Shown: positions 37,886-46,917 of the stretch, in pieces | How positions within the stretch are numbered: the stretch's first letter is position 1 | Layout of the letters: each line of letters begins with the position of its first letter | Assembly: GCA_038227045.1 (NCBI GenBank) | Contig: JBBRQD010000013.1 | Location: 5,262-69,261 of the forward strand | DNA from: Planctomycetota bacterium | GTDB taxonomy: Bacteria; Planctomycetota; SZUA-567; H5-PLA8 | Direction of reading: 5' to 3' | DNA length: 64,000 nucleotides | Notes under the pieces: model-generated | What the model was told of the DNA's origin: nothing | Database searches by the model: none | Seen by the model: only the letters and a program-made list of their open reading frames with translations | Made by a program: the position numbers and the translations under genes

Positions 37886-39010
37886 TTATTGCCCTCGACC
37901 CATCTCCCACACCTTCTTCGCCATCTCATCCGTCACATCCGTAATCACCTTTGCCGAGCCAATCCGCTCCGTCACAATGAAGCGCAGCTTCCCCGCCGCG
38001 ACTTTTTTGTCGCGGAAACTGGCGGCGTGCAGCGTCGCGGTGTCCGGATCGCCCGGCTTGATATGGGTCGGCAGGCCCGCTTTTTCGATCAGCGCTTTGA
38101 TCCGGTCGCGGTCTGCTCGAGTCAACAGATCCAATTCCACCGATAATTCCGACGCCAGTACCATGCCGATGGCCACCGCTTCGCCGTGAATGTACGCCTT
38201 GTAATCCGTCGCCGATTCCAGCGCGTGCGCGAAAGTGTGGCCGAAGTTCAGCAGCGCGCGCGGGCCGCCTGCCGTTTCGCGCTCGTCCTGCGAGACGATC
38301 CGCGCTTTGATTGCGGCACACTTTTCGATCACATGCACCAGCGCAGTCGGCTCTTTTTTCAGCAGCGACTCCATGTTCACTTCGAGATAGCCGAACAACT
38401 GCGCGTCGTCGATCACGCCATACTTGATCACTTCCGCCAAGCCCGCTTTCAACTCGCGGTCGGGCAGAGACATCAGCGTCAGCGGATCGGCCAGCACTAC
38501 TTTAGGCTGAAGAAACGCGCCGATGGCGTTCTTCGCTTTCGGATGATCCATGCCCGTTTTGCCGCCGATGGCTGCGTCCACCATGCCCAGCAGCGTCGTC
38601 GGAACCTGGACCAGCGCGATGCCGCGGTAGAATGTCGCCGCGACGAATCCGGTCAGGTCGCCGATCACGCCGCCGCCCAGCGCCAGCAGCACGCTGTCGC
38701 GGTCGAGCTGCGCTTCGATGCAGCGGTCGTACAGAAATTCGGCGAATTTCATTTTCTTCGCGTCTTCGCCCGGCGGCAGCTCGACTGCGCTGCCATCGAA
38801 GCCCGCCTTCTGCATCGAACTGGCCAGCAGCGTGCCGTACTTCGGGCCGACGTTGCGGTCGGTCACGACCAGACAGCGCCGCCCCTTGATCAACCCCGCG
38901 ACGATCTCGCCCGCTTCCGCGATTGCGCCGGGCCTGACCAAAATATCGTAGCTGCGCTCGCCCAACTCCACACGCAAGGCTGGATTTGGTGTATTCGTTT
39001 CGTTGTCCAT
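37886..39010 (-). CDS. aroB: 3-dehydroquinate synthase
   Basis: GGGVIGDLTGFVAATFYRGI, VPTTLL, DAAIGGKTG, GHTFAHA. Confidence 0.9.
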   Translation of the reverse strand: MDNETNTPNPALRVELGERSYDILVRPGAIAEAGEIVAGLIKGRRCLVVTDRNVGPKYGTLLASSMQKAGFDGSAVELPPGEDAKKMKFAEFLYDRCIEAQLDRDSVLLALGGGVIGDLTGFVAATFYRGIALVQVPTTLLGMVDAAIGGKTGMDHPKAKNAIGAFLQPKVVLADPLTLMSLPDRELKAGLAEVIKYGVIDDAQLFGYLEVNMESLLKKEPTALVHVIEKCAAIKARIVSQDERETAGGPRALLNFGHTFAHALESATDYKAYIHGEAVAIGMVLASELSVELDLLTRADRDRIKALIEKAGLPTHIKPGDPDTATLHAASFRDKKVAAGKLRFIVTERIGSAKVITDVTDEMAKKVWEMGRGQ

Positions 39011-39144
39011 TTAATAGTGGTCCAATATCCCATGTCCAAAAGTTGAAATCGCGTCTGGAAGTTAAGGGTTTGCGGTTCAAAGTTCAAGAGCGAACGTAAA
39101 GTTGGATGGCTCTGGAAGCCGTCCTATACCCCAAGGAGGAAGTC

Positions 39145-39858
39145 ATGCGGTTGCTGCAAATTTGTCTGGCGTTGTTCTGTGCGAGTACTCTTGTGTCGTT
39201 CGCGGCCGACGCCCCGGCGTTGAAGAAGGACGACAAGATCATCATGCTCGGCGATTCGATCACTCAGGGCGGCGGCAATCCGCAGAATGAAAAAGACAAG
39301 AATTCAAAGGGCTACGTCGTTCTTTTCCAGAAAGCCATGGATGAAAAACACAAGGATCTCGAAATCAAAGTCATCAACAAAGGCATCAGCGGAAATAAAG
39401 TCAGCGATCTCCAGCGCCGCCTGCAAAAAGACGTGCTCGACCTGAAGCCCAACGTAGTCTACATCTACATCGGAATTAATGATGTCTGGCACTGGGACCT
39501 GGGGGGCAACCACAAAGGCACGACCAAGGAAGACTTCGAATCGGGCTTGAAGGACATCATCGGCAAGATCAAAGGCGTCGGCGGCCGCGTGATACTCTGC
39601 ACCCCCAGCGTGATCGGCGAAAAAACCGACGGAAGCAACAAGCAGGACAAGATGCTGGCCGAATACGCCGACATCAGCCGCAAAGTCGCCAAAGACGAAG
39701 GACTCACGCTCTGCGATTTGAACAAAGCGTTCATTGACTACTTGAAAGAGAACAACAAGGACAACAAAGAAAAAGGAGTCCTCACCGGCGACCGCGTGCA
39801 TCTCAACGAAGCCGGCAACAAACTCGTTGAAGAGACCATGCTGAAAGCACTTGAATAA
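39145..39858 (+). CDS. secreted SGNH/GDSL hydrolase
   Basis: Signal MRLLQICLALFCAS. GDSIT block and DxxH (DRVHLN) block. AAGGAGG upstream. Confidence 0.8.
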   Translation: MRLLQICLALFCASTLVSFAADAPALKKDDKIIMLGDSITQGGGNPQNEKDKNSKGYVVLFQKAMDEKHKDLEIKVINKGISGNKVSDLQRRLQKDVLDLKPNVVYIYIGINDVWHWDLGGNHKGTTKEDFESGLKDIIGKIKGVGGRVILCTPSVIGEKTDGSNKQDKMLAEYADISRKVAKDEGLTLCDLNKAFIDYLKENNKDNKEKGVLTGDRVHLNEAGNKLVEETMLKALE

Positions 39859-39864
39859 CCGCGA

Positions 39865-40049
39865 AACGGCTTTTTAACATCGAATCGCGCGGATCATCGC
39901 GAATCTTCACAGATGTTTCTTGAGGTTATTGAACGTCTCGGATTAATGCTGACGCCTAATTCAATTCGAGACAGTTAATACAAAACTCTTCAGAAATTAT
40001 CCGCGAAGATTCGCGATGATCCGCGCGATTCGATGTTTTAAAAGCCGTT
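39865..40049. repeat. 44-45-bp-arm near-perfect inverted repeat with ~96-nt spacer
   Basis: 39865-39908 pairs with 40005-40049, differing only in T/A-run length. Lies between the convergent SGNH hydrolase and exbD genes. Right arm overlaps the exbD stop. Confidence 0.9.
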
Positions 40050-40476
40050 ATTGTTTCAGTCCCTGCACCGCCAGATTGATCTTTTCCACGCCCGACTGCC
40101 GGATAATCGAAACCACTCTCATCACCGTTTCATACGAAAGCCGGCCGTCGCCGTTGATCGTCAAAATGTCTTTTTCGTGGCCTTTCAACAGCGCGGGAAG
40201 CTGCGCCGGGACTTCTGACGGTTCGAGTTTTTTGCCGGAGACGTACACGCGCCCGGTTGTATCAATCGTCAGCGACCACGGCACAGCCGCTTTTCCCTGG
40301 CCGGTTTTGCTGCCATCGGCTTTGGGCAGTTGCACGTCCACGCCGCTCTTGTCCAGCATCGGCGCGGTCACCATGAAGATCACCAGCAGCACGAGCATGA
40401 CGTCCACCAGCGGCGTCATGTTGATCTCGGCCATCGGCCTGCGCTTGCCGCCACCCGCGGCCGAACCCATTGACAT
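40048..40476 (-). CDS. ExbD/TolR family biopolymer transport protein
   Basis: EINMTPLVDVMLVLLVIFMV motif. Confidence 0.85.
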   Translation of the reverse strand: MSMGSAAGGGKRRPMAEINMTPLVDVMLVLLVIFMVTAPMLDKSGVDVQLPKADGSKTGQGKAAVPWSLTIDTTGRVYVSGKKLEPSEVPAQLPALLKGHEKDILTINGDGRLSYETVMRVVSIIRQSGVEKINLAVQGLKQ

Positions 40477-40499
40477 AGTTCACTGTCCTTTTTAGTCTG

Positions 40500-40580
40500 C
40501 CAGAGCCGCGCACGTCAGTAAGCGGCTTATACTTGCATTCCGAAAAAGTCTTTGCCGCTTACTGACGTGCGCGGCTCTGG
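40500..40580. repeat. perfect 27-bp stem hairpin between exbB-like and exbD-like genes
   Basis: 40500-40526 CCAGAGCCGCGCACGTCAGTAAGCGGC is the exact reverse complement of 40554-40580. Loop is 27 nt. Confidence 0.9.
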
Positions 40581-40586
40581 TGTGAG

Positions 40587-41465
40587 TCACTCTGCGTTTG
40601 TCGTTTGATGCGATACAGGTGCCGGCGCGGGCGCATTGGGCTTGATATGCACGGTCGGAACGCCCGTCGATACCGGTGCCGCCGATGGAATGCCGGCCAC
40701 ATGCCCGGACGAAATAATGGGTTTGTGCGCAACGGTGTGCTCGGGCACGCTGCCGCTGCTGCGGATCAGCATCATGACGCGTTCGACGAAGCGGTCGGTC
40801 TTGTCCTGCATCGCGTCAATGCTGGCCAAAAACGCGTTGTACGCAATCACCGCCGGGATCGCCACGGCCAGACCCGCAGCCGTCGCAATCAGCGCGGAGG
40901 AAATGCCCGAACCGACGCCCGCAAGATTGCTCGTGTCCGATTTGCCGATATGCCGGAACGTATTCAAAATACCCCAGACCGTGCCGAACAGCCCGATGAA
41001 CGGCGTCGCGCTGCCGGCTGTTGCCAGGAAGCCCAGCCCATATTGCAATTTCGAAAAATAGTCGCGCGCGGTGTGCCGCATGCTCAACTCGATGACTTCT
41101 TCGCGCGTCGCGCCGGGATTGATCTTGATGCCACGCGCGTCGGCGGGAACGGCCGCCGCGGCGTTGCGGTTTTCGAGGGTCAGCATGGCCGCTTTGAAAA
41201 CCGACATCACCGGAGACTGCCCGGTGCCCGAACCATGCGCCATGGCTTCGCCGAAACTGTCCGCGCCATCGAAGACCGCCAGGAATTTTTGGCTGTTCCG
41301 GCGCGCTTCGAAAAAGCTGAAGAGTTTCCAGAAGATAATCGACCACGAGACCAGCGAGAATCCGATCAGCATGTAGAAGACGGATTTTTCGACGCCGCCC
41401 GATTCGCTCATCGTTTTACTGAGCATGTCCCAAAGCGTGTCGTCGGCAATTAAAAGAGTTGGCAT
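40587..41465 (-). CDS. MotA/TolQ/ExbB proton-channel protein with Ala/Pro-rich C-terminal tail
   Basis: GLFGTVWGILNTF...ALIATAAGLAVAIPAVIAYN. Confidence 0.85.
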   Translation of the reverse strand: MPTLLIADDTLWDMLSKTMSESGGVEKSVFYMLIGFSLVSWSIIFWKLFSFFEARRNSQKFLAVFDGADSFGEAMAHGSGTGQSPVMSVFKAAMLTLENRNAAAAVPADARGIKINPGATREEVIELSMRHTARDYFSKLQYGLGFLATAGSATPFIGLFGTVWGILNTFRHIGKSDTSNLAGVGSGISSALIATAAGLAVAIPAVIAYNAFLASIDAMQDKTDRFVERVMMLIRSSGSVPEHTVAHKPIISSGHVAGIPSAAPVSTGVPTVHIKPNAPAPAPVSHQTTNAE

Positions 41466-41656
41466 GAGCGCTTCCGAATTCGGGTTTCAAGTTCTGAAAT
41501 CAAAACGACTATCCTACACCAATTCGAGTTCATTCGCGTGGAATGCGCTCGATGTCCTTCTCAAAAATGCGTTCAATACTCAAACAGACGTACCCAGCCC
41601 AGGTATCTTGAAATTTCCTGCTTTAATGTCGAATTGCATTCAAGCCACTTGCCGTT

Positions 41657-41684
41657 GCTAACCGCTAACCGCTAACCGCTAACT
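41657..41684. repeat. tandem heptamer GCTAACC x4
   Basis: GCTAACCGCTAACCGCTAACCGCTAACT lies immediately 3' of the HlyD-like gene's stop. No complementary arm found. Confidence 0.85.
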
Positions 41685-41685
41685 C

Positions 41686-43023
41686 CTATTTCCCCGTCGC
41701 ATCGATAAACACATCGACCTGCTGCCCGACGTACAGCACGGTATTGGAATCGGCGACCTTGTAAATGACTTCAAGCACGCGCGTGTCGACCATTTCGTGC
41801 TGGCTGTTTGTCAGGGATCGTTTTGGGATGATGAAGGGATCGACACGGACAAATTCCAATGGAATCCGAATCGAATTGATCCCTTTGGGGAGCGCGATGG
41901 CTTTCACTCCCGGCCCCGGTTTGAAACGCGGCGCGTCGAATTCGTCGATGCCCGCCCGGACGTGCAGCGGCTCGATGACGCCAAGGACAATCGGCGCGCT
42001 TTCGGGCTCGGGCGCCAATGCCATGGCGTATTCGCCCATTCTCAAATTGACGCGCAGGACCGTCGCGTCAAGCGGCGCGCGAACCGTGTGGCGCGCGATT
42101 TCACGCTGAATGCGATCGACTTCCGCTTGAGCCGTGGCCACGCCGGCCGCGGCTTCGGCGACGTTGGCCTTGGCCTCGCCCACGGCCACTTTCGCTTCCT
42201 CCACGGATGCTTTGGATTTGTCGACGTCCGGCTGCCATGCGCCCGCCAAAAAGGTGTTCAAGTCGGCTTGAGCGGACTGTAGCGCGGCCTCCGCGGTCTT
42301 GACTCGCGCCTTCGTTGTGGCCACGTTTGTCTGGGCAGTGGCGAGTCTGGCTTTATCGAGTTGCAATTGGAACCGCGCGCGCGAAGTCAATTGCTGAGCG
42401 GACGCGCCGTCGATTTCGGTCTTCTCCAAGCGCGTCAATTCGGTTTGCGAATCGGCGACGGTGATGGGCAGTTGTGCCGCCGTGGCCTCGGCCTCGATAA
42501 CCGCGTTTTTAGCCTCCAGCACAGCGGCGTCGGCCTGAGCCACTTTGGCGCGCAGACCCGGTTCATCCTCTTTGCGCCGGAAGGCGGTCACGCGATTCAA
42601 GTCCGCCGTGGCGCTGAGCACCGCCGCCTCGGAACGTGCGGCCGTCGCTTCGAATCTTTTGACGGTCGCCTCGGCCTTTCGGACAGCGGCTTCTGCGGCG
42701 ATGCGCTGATGGTCCAGGGATCGCGCGTCGATCTCGAAGAGTTTGTCGCCCTTCTTTACTTTATCGTGCTGCTTGACAAACACGCCGGTGACCATGCCCG
42801 GATCGGGAACCCCGATCACGATGTTTTCGCTGGACGGTTCGACCAGCCCCGACGCCGCGATGCCCTTGTCGAATGGATTGCGCACCGGATCGGCCTGCAG
42901 CGGCGGCACGGGTATCGGCGCGACGCTGCGTTGCGCTTGAACGATGCCAAAGACAGCGCCCACCACGGCCAAAACCGCGATCATCCATTTCCACATGAGC
43001 GATAAAGATCCCCGAGTTTCCAT
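41686..43023 (-). CDS. HlyD-family membrane fusion / periplasmic adaptor protein
   Basis: N-terminal TM, lipoyl-like hairpin (VKKGDKLFEID), ~170-aa Ala-rich coiled coil, beta-barrel C-terminus. Start uncertain (43032, 43023 or 42996). Confidence 0.75.
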   Translation of the reverse strand: METRGSLSLMWKWMIAVLAVVGAVFGIVQAQRSVAPIPVPPLQADPVRNPFDKGIAASGLVEPSSENIVIGVPDPGMVTGVFVKQHDKVKKGDKLFEIDARSLDHQRIAAEAAVRKAEATVKRFEATAARSEAAVLSATADLNRVTAFRRKEDEPGLRAKVAQADAAVLEAKNAVIEAEATAAQLPITVADSQTELTRLEKTEIDGASAQQLTSRARFQLQLDKARLATAQTNVATTKARVKTAEAALQSAQADLNTFLAGAWQPDVDKSKASVEEAKVAVGEAKANVAEAAAGVATAQAEVDRIQREIARHTVRAPLDATVLRVNLRMGEYAMALAPEPESAPIVLGVIEPLHVRAGIDEFDAPRFKPGPGVKAIALPKGINSIRIPLEFVRVDPFIIPKRSLTNSQHEMVDTRVLEVIYKVADSNTVLYVGQQVDVFIDATGK

Positions 43024-43127
43024 GCACAACATTCAATTCACAGCAGATTCTATTGTCGAATGTGTTGATATCAAACGAGGTTTGGACGAACAAATAGATG
43101 TGTCGATCGCAGCGTTATCATCGAGAT

Positions 43128-44069
43128 TCATGCTTCGCGTTGCGAAAGCCATTTGCGCAGCAACCCGCCGGGAAAAACCAGCAGGAACGCGACCATTGCA
43201 GGGATTGAGAGATCGATTCCGCCAAAGATTAGCAACATGGCCGAGTCTAGAAGGCAGTATCCTTTGACTCCCGCGAGTACCAAGCCGCGAGCGGCTTCAG
43301 GTGAACCTGTTCCAAGCAGCGTTCGCGTGCGTGCAGCAAGCTGGCAAAACAAAACCGCAATCGCCAAAAACCTCAATCCATTCAGGACGTTCACAGGCGA
43401 CCACTTCGCGTTCAAAGCAATCAGTCCCGCCGCAACCAATCCAGCCATCGTAAAAATCCATCCGAGCACCAGCGCGCCACGACTCTTGCCCTCTTCCTCT
43501 TGAGCCGAAAACGCCGTCACGCCCGCGCCATAAAGCCCCGATGCAATCGCCGGCAGCCACGGCAATCCCCACACCGGCGCGGTGCGCAGCGTCTCCAGCG
43601 CTTCCGACGAATTGTACGCCGCGCTCATGCCCAGCAGCACATTCGAAAAACGGCACACGCCCAGCGCCAGCGGCCCGGCCAGCGTCCGGCCTTTGCACAC
43701 GAAATCGTAGGCGACGATCGCCGCCGACAACACCGCCGCGACGATCAGCGTCGAGCGCCCTGTCCACGCCGCGATTTGAATTCCCGCCAGCATCAGTCCG
43801 CACGCGCACAGGATCGCGCCGCGCAGCGGCACCGCACCCGACGGAATCGGCCGGCCGGGGCGCACGCGCGCGTCTTCCTCGCGGTCGGCGATGTCGTTGA
43901 ACGCCATCCCCGAAAGATACAGCGCCGCCGACGTCGCGCACAGCGCGGCAAACACAGCCCAATCCGGCATGCCATGCACGGCATAATTGGTTAAAAAATA
44001 ACCGGCGATAATGTCGGCGAATGCCGTGAAAACGTTGGGCAGGCGAATCAGGCGAAGGTATGCGATCAC
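43128..44069 (-). CDS. UbiA-family prenyltransferase
   Basis: LIRLPNVFTAFADIIAGY and Asp-rich NDIADREEDAR motif. Polytopic membrane protein. Confidence 0.8.
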   Translation of the reverse strand: MIAYLRLIRLPNVFTAFADIIAGYFLTNYAVHGMPDWAVFAALCATSAALYLSGMAFNDIADREEDARVRPGRPIPSGAVPLRGAILCACGLMLAGIQIAAWTGRSTLIVAAVLSAAIVAYDFVCKGRTLAGPLALGVCRFSNVLLGMSAAYNSSEALETLRTAPVWGLPWLPAIASGLYGAGVTAFSAQEEEGKSRGALVLGWIFTMAGLVAAGLIALNAKWSPVNVLNGLRFLAIAVLFCQLAARTRTLLGTGSPEAARGLVLAGVKGYCLLDSAMLLIFGGIDLSIPAMVAFLLVFPGGLLRKWLSQREA

Positions 44070-44147
44070 ATTTAATCCAGAAAAAAACTCAAGCCCCCAT
44101 TACTGGAGGCTTGGTGGAGTCAGCGTTCAGAGTCGGCACCCACTGCA

Positions 44148-45032
44148 TCAAAAGCCCGTATTCATGTTGTTATTGGAATTATTTCCGCCGCGCTTACGTC
44201 CGTTGTTTCGCCCGTTATTATTATTGTTATTGTTGTTATTATTGTTGTTGGCGTTGTTATTGGTCTGCTTCGGTGGCGCTGCTTTAGGTGCTGCGGGCGC
44301 TGCCGCGGGCGTCGGTTTTGCTTCCTTGGCAAGAGGTTTCTTCTTGACCGGTTTTTCTTCGTCGCCGGTATCGCCGCCGCCACTGCCATCGTCCGCGAAG
44401 CTCAAATCGCGCGCGACGAACACGCGATCTTTGTCATCGGTGACCCAAATCGCCTGTTTTTCTATCTTCGTTACCGTGTATTTGAAATCTTCCATATAGT
44501 CGCCGACCTTGACCTGTATGGTTTTGTCGTCTTTATCTTTCAATAGCGCATAAGTGATTCCATTCATTCTGGCTACCGCAGAAAATTTCACTTTCGCGAC
44601 GACGTCGTTTATGCCAAACCTATTGGGATCCTCTTCGACATTTTTAACTATCGGCTGTGGCTCGGGGGGCGGCGGGGCAACTGGCTGTGCCGGAATAGGG
44701 GCCGGTGCTTTTACGCCCTCGGTACCCGGCTTCGCAATCTTAGGCACCGAAACGAAATCATCAATCGGTTCGAACGGATTCTTTCGATCGCGGTTCACCG
44801 CGACATCTCCAAATTTACCAGTCTCTAAATAAGGTATTACATTCGCCATGCGCGTGTCGAGTTTATCGGGTGTCAGCGGAGCGGGAATGGGCAGGGGGGT
44901 TACCGGCGTGGTCACTTCCAGCGCCACCGGCTGCGACGCGAAAAAATTGTACGAGCTCCCGGCCAGCAGCAATGCCGCCACCAGTAAGACCAACTTCTCT
45001 TTATTGAATCCGTATGAGGCTTGCCGCTTCAT
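44148..45032 (-). CDS. pilus/secretion accessory-like protein (PilP/GspC-like beta domain) with poly-Asn C-terminus
   Basis: N-terminal anchor LVLLVAALLLAG, Pro-rich linker, VKVGDYMEDFKYTVTKIE domain. Tail TNNNANNNNNNNNNNNNNGRNNGRKRGGNNSNNN. Confidence 0.6.
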   Translation of the reverse strand: MKRQASYGFNKEKLVLLVAALLLAGSSYNFFASQPVALEVTTPVTPLPIPAPLTPDKLDTRMANVIPYLETGKFGDVAVNRDRKNPFEPIDDFVSVPKIAKPGTEGVKAPAPIPAQPVAPPPPEPQPIVKNVEEDPNRFGINDVVAKVKFSAVARMNGITYALLKDKDDKTIQVKVGDYMEDFKYTVTKIEKQAIWVTDDKDRVFVARDLSFADDGSGGGDTGDEEKPVKKKPLAKEAKPTPAAAPAAPKAAPPKQTNNNANNNNNNNNNNNNGRNNGRKRGGNNSNNNMNTGF

Positions 45033-45129
45033 GGTTGTTCGACCTTTATATAATCAGTATAACCCGTATGTACTCAAATTGCACCTATCAGACTTCGGAA
45101 TTGCTGCGTACCTCAAATCCCTCGCCCGA

Positions 45130-46506
45130 TCATTGCGGCGGCTTTGCGGCTCCACCCAGCACGCGGCGCCCCGGTCTGTTGCCCACCGGCTTATTCACTT
45201 CCTTTTTCTTTTGATAAAATCCGCCGGGTTTTTCAATCGGGTCGAAAAAGTCCATTCCGGCCGCGATCATCGTCACCAGAATTTGCTCCGATCTTTCCGG
45301 AAAACGCCGCTTCACCTGCAAGTCGTTGGCGTCCGTTCTAAATTCTTTCAGTTCCGTCTTATCGCGGTTGCTGTGTTCAAAGGACGGTGAAAGAATTTCA
45401 AGCTGCCGGAACACCAGGAACTGCCCTTCCAGCACGATAACCGGATTGCCGTGTTCGTCGGCGAAAGTGATGCCGAGCGGGTCGATCTTCGTCACCGTAT
45501 ATTTGTAGTCGGGAAGATAGTCGCCAACCTTTACATCCATTGTCTTGCCGCTATCGCGAAATTTCAATTGCGGCATGCGCGGGCCGTTGACGGGCGGATT
45601 CCACGCGGAGTTGATCGGCGTAACACCCGTGAATTCCAAGTTGGGATCCTTGGGCGTCCGGACCGAATGCATGAATTGGATAAACGTATTCGTGTCGCAG
45701 ATCAACTGAATCTTGACCGGGTATTCCTGGATGAAAACAGGCCACGATTCGACGTTGAATTTTCGAAATTTCGCGCTGCTGGGGTTTTTTTCAGCCGGAT
45801 CGTATTTCGGATTCGGGATCAGCGCCGTCGGTCCGGTCGTCTCCGAATCGCGCGGCTCCACCAGCATGATGCGCATGTACGCCTCGGGCTTGAAACCGAG
45901 GCTGCGCTCGCGATTCTCCTCGGCCAGTTTCGCCTGAATGCACAGATCGATAATCCTTTCGGCAATATACAATTCGCGCAGAAATTCCAACGCTTTATCC
46001 CGGTCGGGAATATTGCCGGAGATCCGCTTGAAACCGATGTCCGCATCGTCGACTTCCACATGCGCGTTCTTGCAGGCGATCTCCACTACGTTTCGGTGGT
46101 TCTCCCAGGTTTTTCGGAAATAAAGCCCGGGGTCGCGCTCGTCAGTCTCCGTCCACGTCGGATAGGCAATGCGATTGGCACTTTGCTTTTCTTCGATCTT
46201 TGCTTTCGTGAACTCGTTCGCATCATCGTACAGCTTCTTCAGCCCTTCGATGGGATGATCGTCGCCGGAGGAAATGTTGGGCTCCCCGCGTTCGCCGTAA
46301 TGAACCGGCTGAATGGGCGAGTGGTACGTGTCATAGTTGCCACCCGTCGTTTTTAAATTTGCGCGCGCATTGGATTCCTGTTCCGCCAGAGCCGAATAAC
46401 CGGCGAGACCCAGCCATCCCGCCGGCCAAAAGTACACCACTCCGAAGATCACCGCCCCGATGATCGCGCCGTTCACCAGCCGTTGATCCGACTTGTCCAA
46501 TGCCAT
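45130..46506 (-). CDS. membrane-anchored pilus-assembly-like protein (PilO/GspM-like plus inserted PilP-like domain)
   Basis: N-terminal TM GAIIGAVIFGVVYFW. Contains VKVGDYLPDYKYTVTKID, nearly identical to the downstream gene's motif. Confidence 0.55.
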   Translation of the reverse strand: MALDKSDQRLVNGAIIGAVIFGVVYFWPAGWLGLAGYSALAEQESNARANLKTTGGNYDTYHSPIQPVHYGERGEPNISSGDDHPIEGLKKLYDDANEFTKAKIEEKQSANRIAYPTWTETDERDPGLYFRKTWENHRNVVEIACKNAHVEVDDADIGFKRISGNIPDRDKALEFLRELYIAERIIDLCIQAKLAEENRERSLGFKPEAYMRIMLVEPRDSETTGPTALIPNPKYDPAEKNPSSAKFRKFNVESWPVFIQEYPVKIQLICDTNTFIQFMHSVRTPKDPNLEFTGVTPINSAWNPPVNGPRMPQLKFRDSGKTMDVKVGDYLPDYKYTVTKIDPLGITFADEHGNPVIVLEGQFLVFRQLEILSPSFEHSNRDKTELKEFRTDANDLQVKRRFPERSEQILVTMIAAGMDFFDPIEKPGGFYQKKKEVNKPVGNRPGRRVLGGAAKPPQ

Positions 46507-46557
46507 GGCGTTTCGTCCTGTTTAAACAACCCTAATTCAGTCGTTGCTTTCGCTCCC

Positions 46558-46660
46558 ATCCCGAAGGGATTGAAAGCGATTAGCCGGTGGTTGAGGCCGT
46601 ACGCGGCCGACACCACCGGATTCAATTCAAAATCGTCCTGCACCCCGGCAGGGGTGTCAG
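46558..46660. repeat. three-hairpin repeat element, copy B (inverted relative to A and C)
   Basis: ATCCCGAAGGGAT ... CCGGTGGTTGAGGCCGTACGCGGCCGACACCACCGG ... GCACCCCGGCAGGGGTG. Confidence 0.85.
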
Positions 46661-46711
46661 CCTGGACTTGCCGTAACAATCCAAGCTGTATTTTGTGCGT
46701 TTCGAACTTTG

Positions 46712-46813
46712 CTGGCACCCTTCCAGGGTGCGGCACTTTTGTCTCGTCTATTCCGGTGGTGTCGGCCGGGTACGGCCTCAACCACCGGCTAATCGCTGGC
46801 ATCCCTCCGGGAT
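46712..46813. repeat. three-hairpin repeat element, copy C
   Basis: CTGGCACCCTTCCAGGGTGC ... CCGGTGGTGTCGGCCGGGTACGGCCTCAACCACCGG ... ATCCCTCCGGGAT. With copy B it forms an inverted pair around a 51-nt spacer. Confidence 0.85.
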
Positions 46814-46917
46814 GACGGCAATTCAACCGTTTGCGTTGACGAGTCACTGCTATTTCAAATCACCATGCATCGACCTCGAAGTCACCGGCAAATTAAGGCG
46901 CGTCCGATGTCGCACAA

